From Oikopleura dioica (Eukaryota; Animalia; Chordata), in the NCBI GenBank assembly GCA_907165135.1, contig OU015569.1, positions 6,572,001-6,636,000 of the forward strand: a stretch of DNA of 64,000 nt. Direction: 5' to 3'. Under the pieces are notes generated by a model, which was not told the DNA's origin, made no database searches, and saw nothing but the letters and a program-made list of their open reading frames with translations. Each line of letters opens with the position of its first letter. Within the stretch, counting starts at the first letter, position 1. Below are positions 38,101 through 50,933 of the stretch, in pieces. Position numbers and translations under genes: made by a program.

Positions 38101-39287
38101 TAGAACAAAGCTCTTCAGACCTTTTGAGTTTGGCCAGAAGCTCCTGAATCTTTGTTTTATTTTGCTTTTGAAGCTTCGCCATTTTCAGCTTGAGGTCTGG
38201 CGTCGCTTCTGTTGGCGTTGGACTCGGTGTGCTTGGCGTAGGACTCTCCGTTCTATTTAACAGCTCGATCTCTTTCTTCAGCTTGGCTATTTCATCAGCT
38301 TGTGCTTTAGTAAGCGCGAGCTCGTTCGGATCCAGCTGCGATTTAAGCTGCTCTCTCTGCGCCAGCAAGGTCTCGATCTCTTCCTGGTGGACGGCGTCGA
38401 CCTCTTCGAGACTTTTTTGGAGACTCTCATTGTCCTAACAAAAAATAACTTGTTTGAAAAAAATTATAGAAAAAAACGATGCTCTTGACAAAACGTTGCT
38501 CCGATATCAACCCTCCGAACTAGTAGCGAGTCGATACATATGATAAGAATGCGCCAGCGCTTTCGTTCGCTTTGCCCAAAGGCTCTGGTCCCAGTCGGCG
38601 AAAAAAATTCAATGATGAATTTGGAAACCTTTTGGTTGATATTTAACTTGGAAAAATAAACATAACTCTTTCATTTGAAATGCTCCGACGAATTTCACGC
38701 ACAAAATGTTACTTTTTCGATTTTTATAACGAATAGTCGTTAGGGAATGCTATACAAAATATTTGTCCGCTGATTCGTTACCTCTGAAAGTTCTTCGTTT
38801 TTGCTGAGCAAAGTCGAGTTCTGCTTGGAAAGGTGAGAGTTACGCTTGGCGAATTTGTCGTTCTCCGCGATTGAGTCCTCTAACTCCTCACTCAAATTCG
38901 TCACTTGGTTTGTTAAATCCTCGATTTGGGAATTTAAAGCTTCATTTCGTCGTTGCAGCTCATCTTTTTCGATAAATTCTTCGATTGTGCCGTGGACTTT
39001 CGCGTCAAGACGGTATTTCTCGACTTCTGCTTTGTAGTAGTCTCGTTCTTTCCGCACTTCGGACAAGTCTTCTCCGTTTTCCAGCGGTGGAGGTTCCGCC
39101 GCTTATTTTTGATTTTCAGCAAGCTCCTTTCAAATAAAACATATAATATGTTACATATTTGACAAAAAATAAAATTTCCAAATTGAAAATTTGCGATGAA
39201 ATCAGTTCCTAGAACATCTTCGGCAAAGTTAGAGACTGTCGAAGATATCTCCTGAAGATGGCTGAGGGATTTATTGAGCCAGCTCAT
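32161..39287 (-). CDS. TRIP11: Golgin GMAP-210 (TRIP11)
   Basis: N-terminal amphipathic MSWLNKSLSHLQEISSTVSNFAEDVL; more than 1,400 aa of coiled coil; GRAB domain VDKELAKNLFLKY..WTSWL; GA1-like KSFSELLVEYLES. Confidence 0.88.
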
Positions 39288-39428
39288 GTCTTTGGTGTTC
39301 AGTGGTAGAGATCACTTCAGTGTCCGATTTCGTTGTCTTCTTCTGTCGAGTCAGTCTTCTGAGCGTTCGGCGGTTTCTCAGTCAATTACTCTAGAACGGA
39401 ACTTCGTTTTTACTTTCTTCCGCTAATC

Positions 39429-39928
39429 ATGGCGCCTTTGACAGACGCCTCTGGTCTGTCTGGCAGACGAATGGCCAGTAAAAAGGGATGAAAATGCAGT
39501 TTTTACTATTTCTTTTTCTAGCAGTCAGTAATTTTGAGTTTGGGATTGGAATTCTGGTTCGATCCTCCCAGAGAAGAATTGAACGTGGCGCCCTGAATTT
39601 ACTGGAGCGGCCGGGTCCACGCTCCACCTACGAAACGGTCGGCTTAGGGTGGAAACGTCCGATCGATCAAACCGTTTGAATTACTACGGTAATGTCACAG
39701 TACAGCTCTGACATAAGCAAACGATTTAAAATCATTGTTATTCTGCTAGCAAGAAAGGGCGAGAGAAGAGAAGACAAACTTTTTCGCAAATAAAAAACAA
39801 GCGACCACCCTAAACGCGAAAATGCGCGAAATGAGTGACGCGAAAAGGAGAAGTGAGCGCACTCTCTGTAGAAAAATATAAGAGTTCTGATCATCTTCGT
39901 TCCTGCTGAAAACGTTTGCAGACAATGA
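39429..39928 (+). CDS. Hypothetical small spliced protein (~110 aa)
   Basis: ATG at 39429, a typical 44-nt GT-AG intron, and further phase-compatible exons; no homolog recognised; 3' end uncertain. Confidence 0.35.
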
Positions 39929-40091
39929 GTAATTAACATCGGCCAATCATTAGCAACTTTTGAGCAGTCTGACCTGCCTACGCCTCGAAAAATTTACCAT
40001 TCCTCCATTTCAATTTCTTCCTTCGAAGGGAACAAGTCGGTAAGAAGGATCGTCGATTACTAAGTCGAATTTATAAGAGATTTTTAAGGGA

Positions 40092-40984
40092 ATGCGACCA
40101 GGAGACAAACACAAAGCAAAGGCGTCTCGAGAATACCAGAAAAAACATGGCTTGATTCCAGCGAAGCAGAGCAAAAAGCAGAAGGAAAAAGCTGCTATCG
40201 CGAAGTTAGAGTCGAACTGGGATCGCTACGATGACCCTTCTATTAATCATGGTGAGAAATTATAAATCTTGAATCATCGAATCGCTCGTCGCGCATCACG
40301 TGCTATCGAGATCATCATGATCAATTTCCTTTTCGTTTCTTCTCATTCATGAATCCGAACGAAATGATTGGAAATTTTCTTACTAGTATTTAAATGAATT
40401 TCAGAAACGAGAGGTCTTTCATTACAAGAGTTGCTGGGCCGGGCAAAGGCTCCGTCCGCTTTTCTGACTCCCCCAGTTGAGAGCACATTCCATCCGAAGT
40501 ACAAGTACCCAGTGAAAATTCAAGACTGGGAAGTTGCGCTTGCTGGCTTGGATCTCTCCAAGCTGCTGAAAAATGTGTCGGTCGAGGGTGAGCCCGCGCG
40601 CTTTCTCAATAAAAAAAGAGAGAAAATCGAGAAAGTAGACCCAATCGAGGAGATTCTTAACGATCCGCTCTATGAGGAAAGGATTTTATAATACTTTTAT
40701 TTTATGTTTTCTTTTCGAGGAAATATTAAATCCGTGAAAAGGCAGCGCGAAAGGCCGAAAATCGTCCCGAAGATGAAGAAGAGTCAGAAATGACCCCTCC
40801 AACTGAAGAAGAAATAGATGATCCGCAAGCCGCCCAGAAAGAAGAAAACAGCGAAGCAGAAAAGAAACGACCCGAAGAAAGACCAAGTAAAGAAATTGAA
40901 GCGGACAAAGAAGAGACAATATCAGCCGAAGAAGGTTCCTCAAGTGAATCGGATTTAGAAGACTGGCTCGACTCCGTGATTTGA
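40092..40984 (+). CDS. AVEN: Cell death regulator Aven homolog
   Basis: LESNWDRYDD, RGLSLQELLGRA and C-terminal ESDLEDWLDSVI match the conserved Aven blocks (SNWDRY, DFSVLL, LEDWLDSMI) as recalled. Confidence 0.75.
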
Positions 40985-41172
40985 TATTTGAACAATCAAA
41001 TATTCAAGAACATAAACTCGTTCCAAATAGTGCTAATTTAAAATTCAAAGAGAATCATGCAAATTCGATATTTTATTTTTATTTTACTTCACTCACTTTT
41101 GTACATATTATTTTGCACCACCTATCATTTTAATCCTGACCCTAGTTTACTAATACTTTTCTTTATGTTAGA

Positions 41173-42906
41173 ATGAGCGCGATTATCGCGGATGCACCAC
41201 TTTTGTCCCTCGCTGAACGAGACACGTAAGCTTTTGATACTCTTTCCGATTTCCTAGTGTACATTTTAGTATCGGGCCACCGATAGGCAAGGAAATCTCA
41301 CAGTTCAGCCTTACAGAGCTCCTGCAAGAAGGCGAAACAATCCAAGCGAATTTCATCCGAAGTTTCGGCCAGTACCGGATGCCCATGGGCTGCGAATTGC
41401 TCTTGGTAAGTTTTACTTAAAATTTCTCTAATTCTTCATGAACTTCATCATTTCTACTCAACATTTTAGAGAAATCTTCGTCGGAAATCCTGATCTCGGT
41501 AAAAAAGCAAATATCCGGTGAATTACAAATAGTGGTGTAACATAGAATTTGTGCTTTCTTAGATTTTCCAAGAATGCTTCTTAATTTTACTAATTTTTAT
41601 TGCAATAAAGTCGTTATTAAACGTTACATGATTGTTGATTAGTATGCGCTGCTCCTTTTCATGGCGCGAGTGACATTCAGTTCTAGGATGAAGTGATGAT
41701 TGCAAACATGAACAACGGCACCGTCGAATTCCACGATCACGATGGCACCCACAATATGACGCTCCCCGACGAGGACCGAAACGGTGGTCCCGCTCAATTG
41801 CTGGAGCCCACGATCGCGACGATTCTGCTTGGTAATAATTTATTCACTAACAGATAAAGTCTGTTTTCATCGCTTCTCAACCATTCTAGACGAGTCGATC
41901 CTCGTGGCGGACAAGAGGGGCGCGCATAAATACTCTTGCACCGGGCAACACATTGCTTCCTGTCAACCAACCGCTCCAGGAGGCGACATCTACGGAATGA
42001 TTCCAATCCGCAAGGACGATGGCTGTATTTTGTTTGTTGTTCAGGACAGCCGACAAGCCTACTTTCGCTTCAGAATTTATGACAAAGATCTAAAAGAGGT
42101 AACATTAGTAATTCGTTTGTAATTCTTATGTCTTAGAAATTAATGGACAAGCCTATTGCTTTCGGGGATCTAGACGTCGATGAAACGGGTTGGCACACGA
42201 TTCGATTCGCAGCCGGAATCGGTAACACAATCGCCCTGTCAGACATGAGTCCAGCAGGCCAGGGAATCTGGCTGACTGACTTGGAGGGGAGAGTACGAAA
42301 AAGAGTTGGTGAGGCGAAGAGTGATGCGGATGGCGAATTCATCCAGGCTGCTGGTGTCTGCTTCGATAAAGACGGTAATTCAATTGAAAGTACAATTTTT
42401 GATAAATATTTTCAAGGAAACTTTCTCGCAATCTGTTCTAAGAGCAGCAGAATCCAAGCGTTTGACAAAGACGGCAACTTCCTATGCTGCCTCCAGTTTC
42501 CCGAAGGAGCCATTCAACGCCCCAGCAATTTATCCATCGGTGATGACGGCACAATGTCGGTGGTATCCTTGACCGGCCAGGTGTTCCTGTTCAAACTGGT
42601 CGCCGCAGACAGAAATAGCAACTACGTTACCAGAGGCCCACGTCCTGATGGTTAGTTTTCCATTCCCTCAATGCCTAATCATCGAATCTAGAGGGATACT
42701 CAGTGATCGGACGTCATCGAAGAAGTCGGTATTACGAGTACGGAAGAGGTGGCCCACGAGGTCGTGGACGAGGACGTGGTCGAGGTGGTCCACGCGGACG
42801 AGGACGAGGGCAACACAGATACTCCCCATTACCTCAAAGAAATGATCCTCGCCGAGATGCCCAGCAAGCTCGGGCAAATCTCCCTATTCCTCTTATGTAT
42901 GACTGA
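41173..42906 (+). CDS. Stand-alone NHL-repeat beta-propeller with C-terminal RGG box
   Basis: NHL-like GEFIQAAGVCFDKDGNFLAICSKSSRIQAFDKDGNFL and QRPSNLSIGDDGTMSVVS; phase-1 intron joins the last exon GRGGPRGRGRGRGRGGPRGRGRG. Confidence 0.75.
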
Positions 42907-43353
42907 CGTCACTGTTCGCCTTTGTTTCTCCTTGCGGGTGCATATCAAGCCTTCGCGTATTCGCGCATCGTATAGATGCTCAAAATGTGTTCTTCACCCC
43001 GCCTTTCATTGAAAAATACTTTTAACTGCCTCTGTTAGAATCCTGCCACGAATTCGCGCAGTACGTTCAAACCCTACTGCCTTCAAATCATTGAAATTAT
43101 CAGTCTGTTATTATTATTGAAAAATTGCTTTCTAAGCGTGCTCTACTCATCCCGTGTGGCATACACGTTGACTTTCTCCACCTTTAATGCAAATGTGGCT
43201 AATCTGCTGATTTATTAAACTAAAATTAAGAGTCTTAATTTAAGGCCTATTTGATCAGTCTTTCTTTCTCAAATGTAACAAGCAAGAAAATAAGGGCGTT
43301 ATTTCAGGGGCGCGAATATCTCGTGCAAAGTGCAGGGACAAAAAAATAAGTTC

Positions 43354-44392
43354 ATGAACTCGAGTGATAAAACCAAGATCGGATCACCAGCATTTGTAGT
43401 CAAGTCGATTCATAAGCGACATCGCAGAGAATTCTTGAAAAGCGGCAGTTCCAAGCTCTTATGGCAGCAAAGTGAGTTCGTTTCTATAAATCGTGTAATG
43501 CAGCGCTGAATTAGTTGTGACAGACAAAGAAACTTTGCGAGAGTACGCATGTGCGATGGATATCCTCTCGAGAACGTGGGAAAAAGACGGCGATGGAGCC
43601 TCAAGAACCGAATGGTGTGGGAAAAAACTTGCCGATTACATTCAAAAGAGACACGCTAAATTTTGCAAGCAGCATTCAGAATTGCAAATACCGCCATTGC
43701 CGTCAGACAAAAAGTTGAAAATGCTCGATGTAGGCAGGCGGGTGTGGACGCACTTTTGCGGATTAGTTGTCTTACTTGCGAATAAACACTCTCGATTAGT
43801 TGCAATGGCCTCACAAAAGAACTCTTTGACCATGAGATTATCCCAGTTGACATTGCCCCGGCGAACACAAATGTCTACTGTCTTGACATGACAAATGCAG
43901 TTGTCGGAGGCAAGACGACTATTTCCAATGGGAGTATCATGCAGCTGGGCTCCGATTTCAACGCAGTTTCGTTTTTGTACGTTTTGACATTTATTCCAGA
44001 TCCAGTTCTCAGAGTCAAAGGTACTGCAAAAGGCTGTGATACGTGTCTTTTATCTTTGTTAGCCTTGATGAGTGCTAACAAGTGCCTCGTCCTTGGTGGG
44101 TTACTTTTAATAGCATCGCCTGATTCAGCCTGTCAGAACAAACACATGCACCTCATTAGAGATTGGTTCTCTGGCTTGGGTACGTTTTCGGTCCTACTGC
44201 GTATTTACCTGCCTATCTTTAGAATTACTCGGATTTCATAAACTTTCTTACACGAAAGAGAAGCATTTTCACGGGCTCACTGTGGGCAAGTTCAAACACA
44301 TTCCCGAGCTAAGCCACGAGGAAATACAACAGGCGGCATTAAAATTCCATGTTCTGCAAGACAAACATAAGATAGAAGATCTTGAAGAGTGA
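43354..44392 (+). CDS. SAMTOR: SAM sensor upstream of mTORC1 / BMT2-like methyltransferase
   Basis: VVKSIHKRHRR, TLREYACAM, LDVGSC (across GC-AG intron 43738-43799), PVDIAP, GGLLLIASPDSACQNKH. Confidence 0.88.
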
Positions 44393-44409
44393 AAACAGAT
44401 CAAAAAACA

Positions 44410-44426
44410 TTATTTCTTTATTAAGA
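44410..44426 (+). promoter_or_regulatory. Putative SL trans-splice acceptor in the 34-nt SAMTOR-POP4 gap
   Basis: TTATTTCTTTATTAAG|aATG with no upstream donor between the SAMTOR stop (44392) and the POP4 ATG (44427). Confidence 0.6.
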
Positions 44427-45149
44427 ATGGTGAGAGCACGGCGACAATACATTGAAGATATCGTGGAGGCATATGGAAAGAAACACCAGAAGAGTCAAAA
44501 CGAGCAAACCCTAAAAAGACTGCGAAATGTACCGATTCAACTTGACTCTGACAGAAAAAAGATTGCAAGACGAATAGAAAATATCAAAAGAAAAACCTCA
44601 AAAAGATTGAGTGGGAAGGATCGAAAAGTCTTGAAGCTCTTCAGAATTGGCGAGGAAAAAGGTAAATTTTAAGAAAAAACTGTCATTTCAATTCAGTGTT
44701 TTTATATTAGTGGAATATGCAAACTTTGAAAAGGTGAACAAGCTCTGGGAAAAGTACATGTTATCCTTGTTACCAGCAAGTAGCGGGAAAGGAGGAAATT
44801 TGGCAAACTATCACGACATTCTAACCCGTGCCAATTACATTGGTGCCAAGGTGACTGTCAAGTACTCGCGATGTAAAAGCAAGATTGGACTCCAAGGTGG
44901 TGTATTGATTAGAGAAATAGACTGACTCGAAGTTTTTGCCTAGGCATCATTGCAATGGAGTCAAAGAATGTCTTTCAGCTCGTAACAGCGGATAATCGCC
45001 TCCTTCTTGTCGAAAAGAAGCACACAATATTCCTCGTGAGTGTGGAAAAGTTTGAAATCGAAATATACGGATCCAATTTTCGAACAACTCCGCCTTTCAG
45101 AGCGGGTGGACGTCTTACCTCTCATCATACAATGCTAAACGTTCTTTGA
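44427..45149 (+). CDS. POP4: RNase P/MRP subunit p29
   Basis: NKLWEKYM, ANYIGAKVTVKYSRCKSKIGLQGIIAMESKNVFQLVT, VEKKHTIF, IYGSNFRTTPPFRA. Confidence 0.9.
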
Positions 45150-45405
45150 AATAATTCAAAACTAACTCGAGAGTGTCAATAAAAAATCTCTCTTTGACAT
45201 CAAGACATCCAGTATGCTTTGTGATTCAATATCTTCGTTGATTTCTCGAGTGCTAAAAATATTTTGAGCTCGCTCACTCTTCTTGTACTACGAGTTTTGA
45301 TTATTTTACTTTTGTGCCCTTTTTTGGAAGGGTTCTGAGGGTTTTCAAGCGCGCGTTTATGTGGTGACAAGTGAGATTAATTAGACAGTGGGGATCGAAT
45401 GAGGC

Positions 45406-46617
45406 ATGAACACTCCTCATGAAAGGCTTCAAGCTATCAAAGAGCAAAATGCAGAAGCGGTGCGGCTGAGGCACAAAACACCTCCTGGTCCGCCGCCCCC
45501 GCCGATGGACTGGAGGGAACCTAACAAAAATCCAAGAATGGTAAAGTTAAGAAGATTCGAGCCAGGAAGAGTTCCTGGCTCTCGCGAAAAGTCAGAGATT
45601 GAGCAAGGTTCGTATTCTGTCACTCAAGCAACGACTTAAATTTCGTTTACTTAGTTTCACTTGGCGAAGGAGAAATCCTGCTTTATTCGAAGGAGCTGGC
45701 ATCTTCCAACGCGGAAGACTCGATTCTTCGCAAAGGAGGTTTTTCGTGGATCTCTTGCAATACATCAGTCGAGAGCTACCTTCAAGGCTCGAAGCAGCCC
45801 ATGTGCGGTCTTGCTGCTTCGCTGATGGCGGCAGAAGCGATCCGAGTGCCCTTCGCCCAGAACTTAGATTTGGAAGATTTCTTCGAAAAGGCGAAGGAAC
45901 GGGGCTACACAAAGCAGGGTGAGATGTTCGAGGCCCAAGATCTGGCAAAACTTATCGAAGAAATTCTCCTGTGCGAGACTGAAGTGCTTCAAGGCCCGAT
46001 TGATCAGTACCGCAGAAAGATTCTCGAGCATCTCGCAGCTGGTTATCCATTCCTAATTCCCCACGATGCTGATCATGATCACAGACCGGTAGAAATCATG
46101 CTTCAATTGCTTGGTAAAATAAATTATTTTAGACGAAAAAGAACGGCGAGAAGAGCCACTGGGGAATCGTGACTGGTTTCCTTGTTGGAGCGCAAATCGA
46201 CACCAATCAAAGAGGAATCGTCAAAACTCCTGGAACAAAAGTAAGAATCTTCATGGCCTTCTTAAATCTTACTGATGTCTAGGTGAAAAATCATTTCTTC
46301 TGCAAAAAGTGGGGGAAAATCAATAAAGAGACAAAAGATGCAATTTTCGACGTCGATCCCTCAGAAAACCCCCTTTTCCTTTTTGCTAAACAAGGGCGAG
46401 CTCCAGGTATGAATTGAAATATATTGATAAAAAATACCCACTTTTATTTCAAGGTTTGAAAATTTGGAGCTGGGAGTCTCTAGCAGAATCGAACACTCAA
46501 TTGTTCAACTTTGACACGTCGCGATTTCCTGGCGACTATATTCTACCCGCTGGTGGTCCAGCAGAAGGCCTAAATGAAAAGTCAATTCTAATCCGACCAA
46601 GAAGTAACCAAAGCTAA
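45406..46617 (+). CDS. ACTMAP: Actin maturation protease (C19orf54)
   Basis: Pro-rich N-terminus; QPMCGLAAS (catalytic Cys); AKERGYTKQGEMF; LIPHDADHDHRP; SHW (catalytic His); WSWESLAESNTQL. Confidence 0.9.
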
Positions 46618-46879
46618 CTTCTTGCTGTTTCGTCTATATTTATTATTCGTCTTTATCTAATCAAACTCCGCTTAATCGGCAAAAAACTGCTTATCCTGTA
46701 ACTTGACCTTAAAACAATATATTTTCTAGATGTTTCTTATTTTTTAATATTGTTTTCAATTTCAAATCAGTTCATTTCGGTCTTTTCTTATTATGTTCCT
46801 TGTTAAACCCTCTACCTCTTTTAGAACCATCTATTCGCCTGCTTTGTAATTCTCTCGCAATCATTTTCTTTTCAGAATC

Positions 46880-47164
46880 ATGGCACATGATCATGCTGAA
46901 TACCAGTACAACCCAGTAGAGGTTGAATACCTCCAGTTAGAACGAGAGTTCCTCATCCTAAATGCCAAGTTTGATCGAACTTCTCAGGATATCGATCATA
47001 TTGATCAAAGTAAAAGACTTCTTATCATGATCTCTGATTAAAATTAAATTCTAGTGCTCCGTGAACTCGACGAGTTCAGTGTTCGAGTTCGGGCTTGGGA
47101 AGCAGCGAACCCTGGCTTCTACCATAGCGACATTGACGAAGGATACGAATCTGTCTTCGAATGA
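46880..47164 (+). CDS. Hypothetical 78-aa helical acidic protein
   Basis: TTTTCTTTTCAG|aatcATG; one canonical intron gives MAHDHAEY..LRELDEFSVRVRAWEAANPGFYHSDIDEGYESVFE*. Confidence 0.5.
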
Positions 47165-47433
47165 TGAGTCCAAAATCAGAGTAGAAATAATATATTTTTG
47201 TACTTTTCACACACACGATTTTTATATACTCCACCGGATCATTTACACTGCCGACAATGCTGTCGAACAAATACCTCACGAATAAACGACAAAAATATAA
47301 ATTTGCTTAATTCGAGCAATCTTGTTTTTGTATTCAATTCATGTTTGAAAGAATAATGTAAGCAGCAAGGTAGACTATGTCTTGAGGTCGACGTTTTTAG
47401 GTGTTGATTAGAAATTAATTTATCTCTCAAAGA

Positions 47434-48339
47434 ATGGTATCGGGAAAGAAACGACGTGCGAAATTGGAAATTTTATTACAGGACGAAAATGGAATTTTAG
47501 TAAAAGAAAAGGAAATTCCCCCAATCGTTTCACAAGCAAAGAGTCGAAAAATACTCGAAATTGAAGAAGAAAACGAATCTTCAGAAAGTTCCTCAGAGGA
47601 AGAAAGAACGACGGAGCAAGATTCGGAAGACGAATGCGAAGACACAAAAGAGCCAAACACAAGAGAGACGGAAGAAGTAAATGATCAAGGAGAAGCGTCA
47701 GATGAAGTCGAATCGGAATCCGACGAGGACTCGCAGCCAGAGATCATCACCTTCGTAGGTAGTTCTTTTTATGGATTAACAAAAATTAAATGAGCTTCAG
47801 ACCCAATGCAAGCGGCCAAGGAAAAACGCGAAAAGGCCAGACGTGAACGAGAAGCTAAGTCAATAGATAAGAGACGGAACAAAAGAAAGGTTGTGGAGAT
47901 GGAGCAAATCACGAAGAAAGAAATGCGTCAGCAAATCGAAGATGTGAAATTTAAAGTGCAACAGTACGGTCTCCAAGGCTATACGCCCGAGGAAAGAAGA
48001 AAACGTGAACGCGCAAGATTAATTAAACTCGGGGCGAAAGCGCCGAAAGCAGAATGGAAAAACTACAAAGGTTCATAGATCATGTAAATAATCTTCTTTT
48101 CCTTTTATTTTCCAGTGATGATGGAAGAGAAAAAGCAAGCAGCTATCGATGCAGCAGAAAAGAAGGCCTCAGAAGATCCGTCGATGGCGTTTATGACCGC
48201 TCCCTCGTTGACGAAGCCGAAGAAGATCAAGAACACTTTCTGGTCTGACAGGACGAAGAACTCAAATCGACAGTCCATCGGCTCTTGGAAAGGAGGCCAG
48301 CTTTCAATCTCCAAAACGAAAGTCAAAAAATTCTCCTGA
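47434..48339 (+). CDS. FSAF1: 40S SSU processome assembly factor 1 (C1orf131/Faf1-like)
   Basis: Acidic N-terminus; VQQYGLQGY..RARLIKLGAKAPKAEWKNYK; IGSWKGGQLSIS. Confidence 0.85.
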
Positions 48340-48395
48340 AGCTAAATGTGATAAAGATTCAAATCTAACTTTGTTAAAAAATCTTGTTTTGTAGA

Positions 48396-49608
48396 ATGAC
48401 CATCGGAATCGTTCGAGCGTTATCAAGAAATGCTTCGATTGTACAGTCGATTCGGACTTCGAAATACAGAAAGCAAATCACTTTTGGAATCGCAGTTGCA
48501 TGGGGAATCGGCGGGTTTCAGCTTTACAAGGTATAGAAGGTCCGTCTTTTGGAGTCAATTGTGGAGGTTTGCCTTCCAGAAAAATAATCAAACTTTAGGT
48601 GGCAGAAAAAGCAAAAGAAGATGGGAAAATCGACACGCCTGTGCTCAACAAAACAAATAATCCACTCAAACTTGAAGATTCGAAACACTATCGAGACCTC
48701 ACCATCCCCGAAGTAATTTTGAAGAGTCTGGGATTCGGGCGTGACTGGATGACCGAATTGGATCCAGAAAAGCGACTCAAAATTCACAAGTGGCCTTGGG
48801 TCGAATGGTGGCGTTTCAATGTTCTGCCCTCTGAAACCCGCTACATGGTTCACGAAAACACAAGCAAATACTTGCAGCATGAGTATTATGTCTCGGAAAT
48901 CTGCCCAGATTGTTACAGAGTTACGCTCTATGGATCGACATTTATTCTGTTCACAAAAAGAGTGTAAGTCCGAAATAAATCCGAGCGGCCCCTAAGTTAA
49001 ACCTTTTTAGGTTATATGGATATTTATCATTAAAAGCGAAATTCTTTGGATTTCTCATCATCGCGAGTTGTCTCGTCGGGCTCGTCTGTGGGCAGTCCGG
49101 CGGTTCTGAATTTACTAGTGGAAATGATCAAATGGCGCACAGAAACAACCAAGACATGTTGAATAATATCTACTCGATCACGCAGAGGCGGATGAACTTG
49201 GAAGTATTCAAGCTGAATATGTGGGGATTGCCGAGAAATGCGATTCTCCACGAAAAAAGGCGCGCAGAACAAACTTTATCCCAAAGAGTAATTCCCATAG
49301 AGCAGATCGACGAATATGTGAGAAAAGCTTCGAGGGAGGACTTGCGAGCTGCTGGTGTTGACAAGGTGAGTTCTGTCGTGGATTCATTTTTATATATTTT
49401 TGCCAAGGATAAGTGGGCGTATGGAGAACCATTTCCCGAAGTAATTCAAATCAGAATAACGAGCGAATGTCTCGAGTATCGTGGGCAGCCGACTGATATT
49501 TCAACTAAATTCGTTCCGCCTGAAAAGACTGAAGACATGGATGAGATGGATCATTTTATGCTCAAACTTTCGAAAAAGCTTGAAAACTCTGATTCACAAA
49601 AAAAGTAA
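48396..49608 (+). CDS. Hypothetical membrane protein, possibly mitochondrial
   Basis: TTTTGTAG|aATG; basic N-terminus then ITFGIAVAWGIGGFQLY; a second hydrophobic segment FFGFLIIASCLVGLVCG; exons join in phase. Confidence 0.55.
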
Positions 49609-49644
49609 AAGGCGAAACTAAACAAATCACTTTCAGACTTGAAA

Positions 49645-50862
49645 ATGCCCCGAAAACGTAGGATTATTGTATCTTCTGACGATGATGAGGAAGAGATGCC
49701 AGCGCCCCAGTCCAAAAAGCCTGCTCCTGCAGGAAAAGATAATGTCGGATATCTGACCAGGGGACTCATGGGACAACTGGGCAAAGATGCCAGTCAGATT
49801 TCAACAGTGGTTATTTCCTCCGATGAGGTATGATAAATTATGTTTCAATATCTGCCTCAGTGTTAAAATTCCAGGAGAAAGAAAACCTGCCGAAGCCAAT
49901 GTTTCAACAAGCCACAGAAATCGATGAGCTAGATGAAGCTGAGAAATTTCAGCCAGTTGCCTCTTCCACTCAAAAAGAGGCCGAGACGCCATACATAGAA
50001 GTAAAGCCCGGGAAGAAGACCAGAAAGCTTAAAAACGTGTCTCTCAGCTCAGATGAAGAAGATAACTCCGAAACTGCAATCTCAAAAACAGATACTGACA
50101 AAATAAATCCTCGAAAGAAGAGGGCAACTTTGAATTCAGACGAAGAAGCTACTGGGAATCAGAATTCTTCGGTAAAGAAGGGTGGTCAAACAGACTCAGA
50201 ACAAGGTAAAGCGCATTCTATTTTCAATTGACTCGTATCGTAATTTTTAGACGATTGTGGAGGACTGCCACGGCCCAAGAAAAGCGAGTTTAAAAGTCCA
50301 CTAGATGGGAGCTTCTCAAATAGGCTTTACGTAGACGATTGTGAGTCGCCGGTTTGCACAAAAGACAGAAAGTACATGCAGACCCCAATACGAGTAGTCC
50401 ATAAGCGCTCGCCAATCGTGCGATTTGTAAACGAAGAAGAGATGAAAGATCGGCCTAAAGGCATCTTCTATCCTAAGCCAGCGCCAGACTCGCCACCAAA
50501 GCTTAAAAAGCCAAACCCCGTCGACGAAGGAAGCGGAGTTAGCGTTGCTCCCTTAACCAGAGTGAAGTGGAATCCGCCGCGGATGCTTAAGCGGGGCGAG
50601 CAAGCAGATACGATTGTATTCTCCAACCCTGGCTATCAGGAAAGATTCATCAAACAACTCTTTTTTTGTCCACTGTCGACTGAACTTTTGATGAAATCGA
50701 GAAAAGCGATCTCCAGGACAAGGACTTCGAAAAGTCTCCGGGAAGCAAATCGTCCGCTTCCTCAAAAAAGAAAAGATCAACTCAGAAGTTGTCCTGAACA
50801 ATTCGACACCGACCCCAACTGATAAAAATGAAGAAGAAGAAACGGAAAACGGACTCATTTAA
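49645..50862 (+). CDS. Hypothetical low-complexity, probably nuclear protein
   Basis: TTTCAG|acttgaaaATG; PRKRR NLS-like start; repeated SSDE acidic motifs; canonical introns; the last exon needs a GA-type donor. Confidence 0.55.
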
Positions 50863-50933
50863 CTCTTGTAATATTATTTTTATTAACTGCCAAAAGATGA
50901 GTGGCTCCTCTCACTGCAATTATATTCAGAAGA

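Noticed and set aside
39488-39679. Apparent secreted peptide precursor (MKMQFLLFLFLAVS..GLGWKR)
   Set aside because: The hydrophobic signal is encoded by the T-rich 3' end of a typical 44-nt GT-AG intron; an upstream ATG at 39429 splices into the same frame.
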